DNA of 64,000 bases from Octopus sinensis. Taxonomy: Eukaryota. The notes under the pieces were generated by a model. That model saw only the letters and a program-made list of their open reading frames with translations. It did no database searches and had not been told where the DNA came from. Of the stretch, positions 50,568-64,000 are shown in pieces (within the stretch, counting starts at the first letter, position 1; every line of letters starts with the position of its first letter). Made by a program: the position numbers and the translations under genes. The stretch covers positions 4,464,001-4,528,000 of the forward strand of contig NC_043006.1 in assembly GCF_006345805.1 (NCBI RefSeq). Direction: 5' to 3'.

Positions 50568-52584
50568 ATCTCAACCTTCAAAAGGGAATTAAAATTTTAG
50601 AAAATTTGCATACAAAGGTGTGCTCTGACACTTTTGCTATTTTTAAAGGTAATTCTAGTAAATGAAGTGGTGACATTAAATCAAGTAAATTTTCAAGGTT
50701 TTTTAAATTATCATATTTAAACTTCGATTAAAGATTCCTCCAATGAACTATTCAACATTTATTGGCATTGCCTCAAATTTGCCAAGCATCATTTAAAAAG
50801 CTGGCACTTCCAGAATTTCCACAGCTATTAAAGTCCTCATTCTTGCTTCTGATTCCATTTTCATATTTTTAGCAGGATTTCCTACGAACACAACAGTAAT
50901 CATTGTAAAGCTGAAATTTGAGGTAAAATCCAGGAATTTGCCATTAAAACAGACTTTGAAGAGATTTGTACAAACATTTAACTCTAATGACTTTTCTTTC
51001 ATTTCCCTTTCCTCAATCGATTTTACTATAAACAATGAACTCATTAAGGTCCCAAGGGAAGAAAGTTTGAGACTCCACTGCTTCAAACAAACAGCACCTA
51101 ATTGTATTTCATAAAATACTTGCATAATATAAACTATGAGTTTATAAATAAACACTTTGACCATGCAGTTACTTTGCCAATACTGTAGTATGTACCTCTT
51201 TAATGTTTTAATAAACAAAGACGATTTCTTTAAACAAATCTCAATTACTTCAACGCTGCAGAAATAAAAAAAATATTCTTACAAAACAAAGATGCGTAGC
51301 ACAACGAAAGTTGATAGCGATCCGGTTCCGATTCTCCTCACATCGAATGTCCCTAATTATTTCTTATTACTCTTTGGAAAAATAAAAGCAGATGTATCAA
51401 GGTAAGGTCACTCCTAAGTTTTCCCTAGAATTTATTCCGATCCTTGTTTTAAAATCAGAGATTACGAAAAAAAATTTATTTTCCTAAACAATTAATTTTT
51501 TTTTTTAATCCCGTTCCACCATCCCAACTTTTGGAAATGAGGAAATCCAGAGCTTTCCAGTTCGTCTACACATGTGATTATTATTATTATTATTGCTATC
51601 ATTATTATTATTATTATTATAGAATCATTAACATAACGGATAAAATGCCAAACGGCATTTCTTCCGGGTTTACCTTCGGAGATCAAATTACGCCGAAGTC
51701 GATTTTGCCTTTCATCTTTTCGGAGTCGAGGAAATAATTACCATTTGAACACCGAGTCGATGCAATCAACTAGACCGACTCCGAAAAATTTCTGGCTTTG
51801 CACCCTAAAATAGAAAGGATTATTATTATTGGATGCAGCACGAAGCTTTGTCAGTGAACAGGTCGCGGTCTGAAAGCGACGAAAATATTTTGACAAATTA
51901 AATTTAAATGCTGAAGTGAATCTAACGGTTTTTTGTGTGTTTCTTAAATGGCTTATAAACACCTTCCACGCTGCAATTGTTTTCGCTCCAGCTCACGATC
52001 TCAGATCAGGTCACTCGCTATGCAAGTACATCTCCGTAATTTTAATAATTATTATTATTGTCGTTATAAAGTGGGAGTGTACATTTCAATTGTTTGTTTG
52101 TTTGTTTTGTTTTTAAATGTAGTGTGGATTCTACACCGCAAAATATTAACAATTGACAGGGTTAATAACAATAAAAATATGAGGAAAGACCAAAATATTT
52201 ACTATAAACAGAGGATAATGACACAAAAATACACGAGGAAATGAAAAACTTACGGACGAAGCAAAAATAAATCCCAGCTGTACGAGGGGAGACAACTCTC
52301 AGTACCTGAATCATGAGATTTACAATTACAGATCAATATGTTCGTTTACCGGCAGTCGAACCCACTGGTATTCTATGAGCTCTTTGGGGGTTATATTTAC
52401 CGATGCAATATACACACACACTTGCACACGTATACATATACCCACCCGCACATAAGAAAGGTTTTGTAGACTTCAGAAGGTATGAAAGTCAACTCTGTCT
52501 GCATTCAATAAAATCATATCTTGTTTTACATTTGGGATACTAGACTGGACAACTGAAGTAGTCAGCAACTTAGATATCGGAACG

Positions 52585-53300
52585 AAAAATTATTAACCAT
52601 CTTACAAACAATAACTCTGAGCACCTTTTCAAACTCCATCTGTCCAACACCCGTGGACATGTTTACAAAGTCAGAAAACAGCACAGCCCCCATGACTTTA
52701 GGAAACATTTTTTCACGCTGAGAGTTGCTGAAGCACGGAACAAACTGCCGGCATCAGTTGTTAGTTGTCGGGGCACTGCATCCTTCAAAACTTCCATGCT
52801 TCCTGAGATTCGCCAACACTACACCTGATTTTCTCCCCTCCATACACACGCAAACATGTATCTGACTCATACACTGTTCACTTCCCAGACATTTGTACAT
52901 TACTGCATATACTTTATACGCACTTTTGACAAGTTGTGGCGCACCTGAGCACTGTATACAATAATTTCATTATTAATATTATTATTATATGTTTACAAAG
53001 TCAGAAAACAGCACAGCTCCCATAAGTTTCGGAAACATTTTTTCATGCTAAGAGTTTCTGAAGCGTGGAACAAACTGCCGGCATCAGTTGTTAGTTGTCA
53101 GAGCACTGGATTCCTTCAAAACTTCCATGCTTCCTGAGATTCGCCAACACTACACCTGATTTTCTCCCCATCCATACACACAAAAGCATGTATCTGACTC
53201 GTACATTGTTCGCTTCCCAGACATTTGTACATTACTGCATATGCTTTATACGCACTTTTGACAAATTGTGGTGCACCTGAGCACTGTATCAATAATTTCA
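52585..53300 (+). mobile_element. Two tandem 5'-truncated CR1-like 3' ends
   Basis: Copies at ~52585-52985 and ~52988-53300, both ending ctgtat(a)caataatttcattat. Confidence 0.8.
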
Positions 53301-55359
53301 TTATATATTATGATAAAAAGATACTCGCAATGACTTGCAATTTCCATATCGAAATGACCTTGACAGGATTAATGTTAAATGAATGGATGGGTGTTGAGGT
53401 AGGAAAGAAATCCAGACGGCCCTTGAGTTCCAGATCGGGCCTCTTCGACAATACCTAGAAGCTAATAAACAGCACGAGATAAGGTGAAGAACTCCTAAGG
53501 AAGTACTCTGTGTTTATAGCTGCTCTGTGAGAACCAAGGGTAGCGGGACTGCCCGACAGGAACAGAGATTTGAATAAAGAAACTTCATAATATCAGCTGA
53601 AAGTTATGCATGGATGCTTATCCAGCAATCAAGCGAATAACAACATTGACGAGAACAGTTGCCTCTCTTGCTTTTGTTTAGTAGTAGTAATTACAGAGAG
53701 AGATATAGAATGATGTTGTAAGGGACAGAATTAGAGCTAGAGAGAATTGTAGGGTGCTGTCTCACAGTTGCTTTCTCCCTCTGACTGTGACTAACTTCGT
53801 TGAGTCGTCACGACTGTGATGAACTGATTTTTGCTTGGGGTGTGCTTGCTTATATAAAGATCCAGAAGGATAGATATATCAATGAGAACAATAGATTTAG
53901 TTGGTGGTCTTGTTATCTCTATTCTAGCTTTTGGTGAAGTAGAAGAGGTTAGAAAAGGTCAAGTGGTGAAGACATTATTTTGGCCTAGCTAAAGACATCT
54001 GGAAGATGTAAAACTGGTTTCAGAGAAAAATAATTGTTCCATCGTGGGAAAAGTTCTGTTGCAGTGTTAATTTTAATTTGGCAATGGTGGATTGACTCCA
54101 CTTCATGCATGCAAATATATGTCTTTGCATAGTAATCCTCTTTTGTTTCATGAACCAAATTTATCTACAATATTTTCAATTCTGGTACAAGAGTTTCCAC
54201 ATTAAAAAAGAAAAGACAAAATTAATTGTTAACTCTTTAAGCAATTAAACTGGCCTTATCAGGCCCAAATATTCTCCCTGCTTTGTGTTCAAACTGGTTG
54301 AATCAGGCCTCTCACACTTATCGTACAATGTCATTCTAAATGTAAACAAATACATCATAGAAATCTCAAAATTACAAGACAATGTATGATTAATTCAAAA
54401 CAATGAATAAATGAGTGTTCTATTTGACAAACTAATCTAAATGCTAAAGGATTAACCTTCGATTAATCCACATTCATGCTTCAGGTCTTTTTTTTTTTAA
54501 ACACTTCCTTGTATTTACAGAATAATGTTATTTCAAGCCAAGTATTCACATACTGAAAGATTCTATTATTCGAGAGTGTTATCTGTCATATGATGGGAAT
54601 ACGGACGAATCCAATGTTTTCAATATACAGGTGACAGGATGCCGTGAATAGTGTGGCAGTGGTGGCAGGAAGTAATGAATAAGTGAGAATGGTGACAGGG
54701 GGAACGGAATGAGTGAAAGAAAACAATGTAAATATATATATCCCATTCATCATTAATTCCCCTCATTTAATGTAGGTTTCTCCATGCCTACATGTATAGA
54801 GGGGAGGTCCTCTCCAGTACCACATGTTACCAAATGCCATAGTCCTTTGCCATTTCCTCTGTAGGGTGCAGCATCTCAACATCAGTCTTCAATATTTTGT
54901 TCCCCAAAGTTTTCTTCTTCCACAAATTCCATTCACTTGGAGCATGTCTTTATACAGTTTCCGTTGTCCATACACAGGAAAAGTGTTTTCTCTTGTACAC
55001 TAAGATTGATTCTGCTAAATGTCTAATTTTTCTTAGTTTGTTTATTCTGTCACTCATGCACATAAACGTTATACATCTAGCAAAGCATACTCGTTCCATT
55101 TGCTTCTAGCTTTTGCAGACACTGCAGTCAATGTCCATGCATTCTCATCTTACATAGGCAGTCTGAAAAGTTCATAGGCTGATTATTTGATGCTACGGCT
55201 GTGTGATTCTTCATGCATAAATTTCAACTCCTCTTATTAATAACTTCATTGTTTTGTTCCAGGTAAACCGATATTTGACTGGTCAAAGAAGACTTCAAAA
55301 GTAACTAGTAGCAACTTCTTAAAATGGAGAAAATTTGGTATCATGTCGTTATATATATA

Positions 55360-55706
55360 TATATATATCAAATAAAATCAGAAACAGAACACAAAGGATG
55401 TCGTGGTACACGTGTTTCAAGCTTTATAAACGACCTATTCTTACATCAGTGTATAATAGATATAAAAGATGGTTTAAAGCTCTCTTCAGCCACAAACATT
55501 ATTATTCCAAAGAGTTACATCACACATCATATTTTTCATAGTGTGATGTAACTCTTTGGAATAACAATGTTTGCGGCTGAAGAGAGCTTTAAACCATCTT
55601 TTATATCTATTATACACTGGTGTAAGAACAGGTCATTTATAAAGCTTGAAACACATGTACCACGACATCCTTTGTGTTCTGCTTTTGATTTTATTTGATA
55701 TATATA
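55360..55706. mobile_element. Foldback MITE, ~166-bp inverted arms, 15-nt spacer, in (TA)n
   Basis: 55360-55525 is a near-perfect reverse complement of 55541-55706; TA-flanked (Tc1/mariner-like, inferred). Confidence 0.8.
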
Positions 55707-56999
55707 CCCTCTCACCTCTGTTACTAGCTGGTGTATACAGGTGCTTACATTTATCAAGTATTCACCCTGAATTTATATTTATATATATATATATATATAG
55801 GATTGGCCAAAAGTCACCTGACAGTAAATCAAAACCATTTAATTCCAAGATTTATTTATGTTTAACAACTGAATGGATTTGATAAAAAAAAATCTAATAT
55901 GAGACATCATGAAAATGGTCCAAACTGAAGTTTTTCTTGAGCGACACATTTTCCACTCGGAGTCAATACAGAATTACAGATGGTATTTATGGAATTTTGA
56001 TTTACTGTTGGGTGACTTCCTGTATCCACCAAATTTGCCCACAAGGCATTGGGTGATTTGGTGCTGTACAGTGGGACTGAACCTGGGACCAACTGGTTAC
56101 AAAGTAAGCCTCTTAACTCCTTAGTGTAAATGAATAATTTTCGGAGACTTTGTCCCTGCACTGCTCCATGGTATGTTTCCATGGGAATCCCATGTTCAAA
56201 AGCAAACTAACAAATGCTGATAGGTTTTCAAGCATCACTGGCTGCTACAGATGCCTTTTGGAATGTGGGATGCTTCTGAAATGGTCCCATGTTTTCCATG
56301 CAGTAAGTCAAATAATTATTGGATCCTGTCACAAGATAATCCCAAAGTAAAGGCCCAGAGCCAACAGCAGCCATTAAAAAAAAAATCACAGGCCTAGCTT
56401 CAGTTGGTGTCTGCTCTGACCATCAAAATCATTTATAACAGGGTAATGAAGGTGTATGTGGGTGTCATATTTCTTGTTGCTAACACATATCCACTTACCT
56501 GTATTGTCAGACAAATCACCATCACCATGCAATTCATTTCCACTACCAGACTTAGCGCTACTATCATCATCATCATCATCGTTTAACGTCCGTTTTCCGT
56601 GCAAGCACAGGTTGGATGGTTCAACCGGGATCTGGGAAGCCAGGCGGCTGCACCAGGCTCCAGTCTGATCTGGCAGTGTTTCTACAGCTGGATGCCTTTC
56701 CTAATGCCAACCACTCCATGAGTGTAGTGGGTAATTTTTACATGCCAAGGGAGGCTGGCAGTGGCCACAATCGGTTGGTGCTTTTTATGTGCCACCAGCA
56801 CGGAAGCCAGTCAAGACGGCACTGGCATCGGCCACGTTCGGATGGTGCTTTTTGCGTGCCACCAGCACAGGTATCGTAACTACAATTTCCATTTGATATT
56901 TATTTTGATGTTGATGTATTTGACTGAATAGGTCTCCTCAAGCACAGCAGGTCACCTTACGATCCAAGGTAAGCACAGCAAGTCATTCTACAATCCAAG

Positions 57000-57310
57000 G
57001 TACTTCGGATGGGCTGGGCTTCTATGTGAAGCTGGTGCAGGAAACAGCCATGAACTCACATTATTTGTCAGATCTTTGCAGTCACAGCATATCTCCAGAG
57101 GTCTTGGTCTTCCGTCATTGCCTCTGTGAGGCCCAATATTCGATGGTTATGCTTGACCACCTCATCCCATGTCTTCCTTTCCCCCCGGATACCTTCAACT
57201 GTTTGGGAGTGGCACTTCTTCACACATCTCTCCTCATTCATCCGTAGTACATGACCATACCAGTGCAAACGTCTCTCTTGCACACCACATCTGATGCTTC
57301 TTATGTCCAT
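57000..57310 (-). mobile_element. RTE LINE 3' fragment
   Basis: IRCGVQERRLHWYGHVLRMNEERCVKKC...RKTWDEVVK...DLWRYAV; second copy on + at ~59690-60060. Confidence 0.75.
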
Positions 57311-57592
57311 CTATACACATACATACCCTTATTATCTATTATCATCGTTTGAAGTGGTTCCTGAATCATAAAAATCCCAGCATACCTGAAAACATTGTTA
57401 TATTAAACACAAGCAAGGAATTTCAAAAAAATTTTTTTTTGAAGTCCTGCCATTTAAACAAAACTGTTCATATATAGTCAAAATAAATTTAGAAGGTATT
57501 GCTGATTTTCCTCCTTTTAATGTTTGATAGATATAATGTGCTTTATAGTTTAAGGAAATAAAAGACGAATCAAAATGATAACGTATTCGTAT

Positions 57593-57966
57593 AGGCGCAG
57601 GAGTGGCTGTGTGGTAAGTAGCTTGCTTACAAACCACATGGTTCCGTATTCAGTCCCACTGCGTAGCACCTTTTATATCTATAGTGTCTTCTACTATAGC
57701 CTCGGGCCAACCAAAGCCTTCTGAGTGGATTTGGTAGACGGAAACTGTATATATGTGTGTGTGTGTATGTCTGTGTTTGTCCCCCTAGCATTGCTTGACA
57801 ACCGATGCTGGTGTGTTTATGTCCCCCGTCACTTAGCGGTTCGGCAAAAGAGACCGATAGAATAAGTACTATGCTTACAAAGAATAAGTCCTGGAGTCGA
57901 TTTGCTCAACTATAAAGGCAGTGCTCCTGCAAGGCCGCAGTCAAATGACTGAAACAAGTAAAGAGT
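57593..57966 (+). mobile_element. SINE family A
   Basis: Same head and tail as the 13151 copy, with an internal deletion. Confidence 0.85.
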
Positions 57967-57981
57967 GTATATATATATATA

Positions 57982-58627
57982 TATGTGTTTCGTCTCTCTA
58001 TGTGTTCGACGTCTTTTTGGTGTCCTGTACACATATATGCGTGTATATGTACATGTAGAGGTAGGTACGTACATATATGTTTATATATATGCATATATTC
58101 TATTTTATTAACTTATTATACGATTAAACGCACGCACCCTACTAAGTAAGATTGTTCTGTTTATCAAGTTAGCCTTGATATTAACTCTCACGCGACTCTG
58201 CATCTTTCTTTCTTTCTCTCCCATTCCCTTTTTCGTCTTTTTTTTCCCTCACTTAACTTGTCTCTTCCTCTCTCTCTCTCATTCTTCATTCTCTCTCTCC
58301 CTTTCACCATTCTTCATGGTCTCCTCGCACCATTCCCCTTCTTCTCTCTCTTCCTCCTCCTCCCCCATTCCCGACATCCATCTGCGACGACACTTCCGTT
58401 GTAACTGCTTCCTGTCCTTTCTCGCCCGCCTTGCAAGGCTTCTGGTTGACAAAATTTCCCTCTCTGTCTTCCACTATAATCCAGCGTTTACAATACTTTT
58501 TTCGTCTGGCGTTAACAGCCCTTCTTATCTTGTTCTCCTTGTCTTGTCTCTCACTGTTATATATTTATTTTTCCACTGTTTTTATATATATTTTTTACTG
58601 TTTATATGTTTGTACTGTCGTTACCGT

Positions 58628-58673
<46 letters not shown>

Positions 58674-58998
58674 CTCTGCGAAAAGATCTCAGAATTTTAA
58701 TTGATTTGCTTTTCGCGGGAAGGAATTTTTCTTCGAAGTATACGTCTCGCTTTTATCCTTCGAAACGTTTAGTAGATGAAATCTTAGCGACTGAAGAAGG
58801 GGATTTTTCGTTGTGCTTATTGTCCTGTATCTCTCCCTTTTTTTGCTTGTCTTGTTCCTTGGTTTGTGTCTATGTGTTTCGTCTCTCTATGTGTTCGACG
58901 TCTTTTTGGTGTCCTGTACACATATATGCGTGTATATGTACATGTAGAGGTAGGTACGTACATATATGTTTATATATATGCATATATTCTATTTTATT

Positions 58999-59001
<3 letters not shown>
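57982..59001 (+). mobile_element. Non-coding element with 131-bp direct terminal repeats between (TA)n tracts (probable non-autonomous Penelope-like)
   Basis: 57982-58112 matches 58871-59001; pyrimidine-rich interior with a poly-T run; (TA)n on both sides. Confidence 0.6.
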
Positions 59002-59074
<73 letters not shown>

Positions 59075-62000
59075 GTATATATATATGTGGAGGCGCAATG
59101 GCCCAATGGTTAGGGCAGTGGACTCGCAGTCGGAGGATTGCGGTTACGATTCCCAGACCGGACGTTGTGAGTGTTTATTGAGCGAAAACACCTAAAGCTC
59201 CATGAGGCTCCGGCAGGGGGGGGGGGGGGGCAAACCCTGCTGTACTCTTTCACCACAACTTTCTCTCACTCTTTCTTCTGTTGGCCTGCTTGCTTAGCCA
59301 GCGGGGTGGCGTCATTCGAAGGCTAAAACAATGCAAAGCGCATTGTGACCAGCAATGTGTAGCAACATCTGATATATATATATATATACATCTGATATAT
59401 ATATATATATGAACTAGACTTTTTACTGTCAGCCAAAGTTATTTACAAAACTTCGTGCTGCATCTAATAATAATAATCCTTTCTATTTTAGGGTACAAGG
59501 CCCGAGTTACAGTTCAGCTACACATCTGCAGTATATCTATTAATGTATCTTTCCATCTACAGACTCACCTATGCACCTAGCTAATTAACATCATATATGT
59601 ATTCCCGTCTGCATCTGTCTACTTTCATAATACTGACAGATATTTAAATCAACAACAAAAATTGATAATAGCAGTGCCCCAACATGGCTACAGCCTTTGG
59701 TTTGAAACATGAAACACGGGCCATGACTGCTGCGGACATGCGCAGGCTTGAAAATGAAGCTAGTAAAGATCCGCTCGATGTGTAATGTCAGTGTGCATAC
59801 ACAATAAAGTGTAAGTGCCCTGAGAGAAAAGTTGGACATATGAAGCCTCAAATGTTGTGTGCAAGAGAGATGACTGTGCTGGTATGGTCACGTGTTACAT
59901 AAGGATGAAGACAGCTGTGTGCCACTCCTTAACTGTGGAAGAAATGGGATGAGGTGGTGAAGCATGACCTCTGAACATTGGGCCTCACAGAGGCAATGAC
60001 AGGAGACCAAGACCTTTGGAGATATGCTGTGATTGAGAAGATCCGGCAACTAAGGTGTGATTGCAGCTATGGCCAATGCAAGTGTTTCATGCCTGGCCCA
60101 TTTAAGAGTACCCTTGATGTGTCAGGGGATATATGCTTGAGAAGATCTGCTGAGTCAAAACCGAAATCGTAGCTGTTGCCATTGCCCTGACTGGCTTCCA
60201 TTCTGGTGGCACATAAAATGCATCATCTGAATGTGGTCAATGTCAGTGTCCCCTGACTGGCTCCCATGCCAATGGCATGTAAAAAACACCATCCAAACAT
60301 GGTCAATGCCAGTACCCGCTGACTGGCTCCCATGGTGGTAGCATGTAAGAAGCACTAGCTGAACATGATTAATGCCAGGACTGCCTGACTGGAGGCACAT
60401 AAAAAGCACTAGTTGAACGTGATTGATGCCAGGCCTGCCTAGCCGGCTCCTGTGCCAGTGGCACATAAGAAGCACCCACTACACTCTCGGAGTGGTTGGC
60501 GTTAGGAAGGGCATCCAGCTGTAAAAACATTCCCAGATCAGATTGGAGCCTGGTGCAGCCACTGGCTCTCCAGACCTCAGTTAAACTATGATGATTCAAT
60601 TCTCCCTTTGTTATTATCCCACTTGACCTAAGTATAACAAATAGACAAAACATGCAGGAATGCACAGAATGTCATAAAAAAAAAGGACAAATCACAATCA
60701 CTTTCAGACTCTGAGACTCCTTTCAGATATCAAACATTTTGTCTCCACTAAGTCAAGACCACCTTTTATGAACAGATGCAAAAGCTGGGCACCACCATGT
60801 GGATTCTGAGCATTTGAATCTATAAGTATATCTTTTTTAAATATGCCGTTATGACATGCGAATCACAGAGATTCAGTAGGAATGCATGCAAAAAGGCCCT
60901 TTAGTGATGCTTCAACACATTAGTTAGCATCCAATAGTCAATGATCGGCCAATATATGGCAAAAACAATCTGCTGCTCTGCCATTGTTGACTGCATCTCT
61001 ACACATGGCTTGTACAGCTCACACAAGCCTTTCGTCTCTGGTGACTAATTTGTAACCTACTCCACCAAATATTATACTCCTCTTAGTGACTGCCCTTCAT
61101 GGACCAGCTGCTTTTAGGTTTCAATTAATTGAAAATGGGCAAAAATAACTGAATTTTTCAATACTAAACAAAAAAAAAAGAAATATATGAATGGTTTCAT
61201 TAGGTTTCTATAAATCAAGAGACTTTTATCACTGAATTTGAGGCAGTCTCAAAAGAAGGTTGCTATGAGAAGTGTATTAAACAATTTTCTTTGAAGAAAT
61301 GGAAACGTGTTAACTCCAGTATCATTTGGACTCAATCAAATACCACCACAGGTAATATAATTTAAGCATTTTGCCTTACTATCATCATCAAGTAACAGGT
61401 TTTCCACTCTATCATGGGTTGGACAGGAGCTGAAGTGCTGTTCAGGTTCCATGTCTGTTTTGGCATGGTTTCTATGGCTGGATGCCCTCCCTAATGCCAA
61501 CTGTCCAGTCTTTATCAACTTCTATTCTACATCAATGAAAACTCTGTGCCATTGGCACATGTAATAATATTTGAGTGAGGTGGCACGTAAAAAGCACCCA
61601 CTACACTCTCGGAGTGGTTGGCGTTAGGAAGGGCATCCAGCTGTAGAAACTCTGCCAGATCAAGACTGGAGCCTGGTGCAGCCATCTGGTTCGCCAGCCC
61701 TCAGTCAAATCGTCCAACCAATGCTAGCATGGAAAGCGGACGTTAAACGATGATGATGATGAATAAGGATTATGTGATACTCATGTATCCAGTATAACAC
61801 TTATTCAAATTAAAGAGGGAGAAAAAACATGATAGAGAGACTTAGTTGATTACAATTAGCATAAATTGCACTTTTTGTTTGATAAGTTTAAGCATTGCTG
61901 CAAAACTATCACACACAAAAAAAAAAACAGTGAAATTAAACGTGGTTAAATATTCATGATGTGGAAATATACAAAATGATTTATTATTGTCAAATAATGA

Positions 62001-62477
62001 AGTGAAAAACTATTTCTCTTCCCACAAATCAGTTTCTCTCTAACAATGTCTGAAGTCTTGGAAAGTTATGATTTATGAAAAAGAACTGAAACACCAGAAT
62101 GGCATTATGAAGTTGAAGAGTCTTAAAATTCAAATTTGATTTAACAAAATATATATTTCACAATGGCACTGGTCAGTTTGTGTAGGTTACATTGGTAGCT
62201 GCTGTACAAATTAGTTGAGATTTGTACAAATAGTTGAGTCTTGATTCAGACACAGCAGTTAGCTATAGGGACAGCAAAGAGCTATAGCAGAACCAACGAT
62301 GGTAGGCTTCCTTGCTGAACGCTGCCCCTCTGCTGTTCCCCATCAGCACTAAGGCATGTGGCAGCAGCAGCTTTCCACTAACAACTCTGTCCTTAAGAGC
62401 TTTCATGCTGAAGTTGTTAGGCATTCACATTCTTTACAGAGATTTGGAAGGATCTGAACCGGAACGCCCAGCATGGT

Positions 62478-62671
62478 TCACTTGTCCCACAGGTTGTATT
62501 CTTTCAATTTACTTTGGAAAAATTTATCCAATGTATTGGCACACTTGTAATAATCAGTGTCAGGCTGGTTGTAGGCACGGCAGTTGGTGAAAATTCGGGT
62601 CATGTCTGCAGTAAAAAGCCTCTTGTTGCAGTAGTAACGATTTTTTAAACGATCACTCATTGTTTTCAGAT
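62478..62671 (-). CDS. KAT2A: Histone acetyltransferase GCN5/PCAF, last coding exon (bromodomain C-terminus); upstream exons not found in window
   Basis: ttttcag|[64 protein letters not shown], compare recalled human KAT2A [35 protein letters not shown]...GLIDK. KAT2A versus KAT2B cannot be distinguished. Confidence 0.92.
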
Positions 62672-64000
62672 CTGAAAAATATAAAAAAAGTTCATTCTAA
62701 ATTCTTGTAAATAAACTTTTGTATCCACGATTAAATATCTAGGATCCTATCCAAGTGTAGTTTGGCATTTGACAGGAGAAACTAATATTTTTTTCCCCCC
62801 ACCTTTTTAAATCTATTTAACTATTTCAAATGTGAAACTCGGCTAAATCAGACACCATGGAAACAACTACACACAGTTCAAACTGTTCATGCACCCCTCG
62901 TTCATTGATGACTGAATTACATTTTCCTCTCAAACAGTTAAATATAACACAGCCCCATCACATATCGGCCCTTTGCACATATTTCTGACACATGTGTAAA
63001 ACAATAAATTTCCAATCAGGTATAATTTCTTCCAGTTTCACGTAATTTTATTTAACCAAGCTCCACTGGGTATACAGTAACAACAGATAACAAACAAAAC
63101 AGAAAAATCACTTAAGCAGATGCAATTTTCACCCGACTCGTACATAGTATAACAATGGAATACTTTCTATGACGAATCTAATTTGAGTTTAGATGAGAAA
63201 AATAATGCATCATTTGACTTGACACTATTTCCTTTTAATGTGAAAAAGTCTACAAGACAAATCATTTGTCATGTGCTCAAATGAAATGTAGGTGTTGTAT
63301 ACCATGAAGGACTATTAGCAATGACCTTACAATCAGAAGGAAAGTAGCAGAACTTCTGAGAACATTATTTGCAAATGGTAGGACAGAAACTATTGTAGTG
63401 TGTGTGTGTATTGAGCCTCGTGGTGGATCTCTATGAAAAAGGACTGCAATGTCTGGCGATATGGGGTTCTTGAGAAGACTCACCGACCTCAATGAAACCA
63501 GGTTCAGGAAATGCTGTGTATATTGTGCTTTCCACTCAGGTTACACTGATTCCACCCCCCCTCCCATCAAACCAAACCTCTTACCACGATGCCTTACACC
63601 TACCTCTTCCCCTCACTCCTGCAGCCGACTTCAACTTGTCATCTCTCTCGTCCTCCCCCCCTCAACTGCAACCTCCTGTCTTTCCCCAACTCATGACCCA
63701 ATGTTCATCTTGCCTTCAACTCTACCCAAATCTTTTCAGTTGCAGGCTGCCCCCTTATACAATCATGCAACACTCCTCTTGCCCACCGACACACCTCACT
63801 TTAATATCTATCATTTCACAGCTTCTACTGATCTTTCTCTTCCTCTCCTAAACAACCATGCAGCTCCACTAGAAGACCCTGCCCTTCCTCCTCCCCTCTT
63901 TTACTGTATCCCCCCTTAATCCCCAGCTTAAAGCTGACTCAACTGCCTCCCTCAAGGTTTGTAGTCTTGCAAGCTGCAAGGCAATCTCACTTGGTGCTGG

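Noticed and set aside
58745-58810. Type II hammerhead (gaaacgt...ctgaaga)
   Set aside because: Stem I is poor, the base of stem II is mismatched and the triplet is GUU; at most a relic.
58175-59113. 312-aa ORF
   Set aside because: Starts at TTG, crosses pyrimidine, poly-T and TA tracts, and has no recognisable domain.
63250-64000. Further KAT2 exon or Pro-rich gene
   Set aside because: No bromodomain sequence was found; this is pyrimidine-rich decayed sequence, probably an old element I cannot classify.

Overview
This is AT-rich, intron-rich animal DNA, not prokaryotic. The repeat families, (TA)n/(CA)n tracts and gene content suggest an octopus-type cephalopod genome (inference from recalled repeat sequences). 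Three protein-coding genes were assembled by hand from splice sites. (1) A complete 7-exon UPF0193/EVG1 (C22orf23) homolog on + (12176-33220, 711 nt, 236 aa). (2) A complete 8-coding-exon iduronate-2-sulfatase on - (48785-36469, 1839 nt, 612 aa, catalytic CGPSR). (3) The last coding exon of a GCN5/PCAF (KAT2) gene on - (62671-62478). The rest is mostly repeats: a frameshifted Penelope-like retroelement (RT with YRDD, GIY-YIG endonuclease, pseudo-LTRs), a ~5.8 kb block of foldback plus 22-bp and 34-bp satellites with an internal inversion, tRNA-derived SINEs, CR1/RTE/R4-like LINE fragments and hAT/piggyBac/TA-type MITEs. The main finding is a set of hammerhead ribozyme motifs. One near-intact type I hammerhead lies in the Penelope pseudo-LTR (2578-2672, -). 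An orphan type I hammerhead caps a long rod-like hairpin in EVG1 intron 2 (16146-16292, +) and is a retrozyme-like candidate. Two further copies are decayed relics. All comparisons to human genes and known families are from memory; no search was run.
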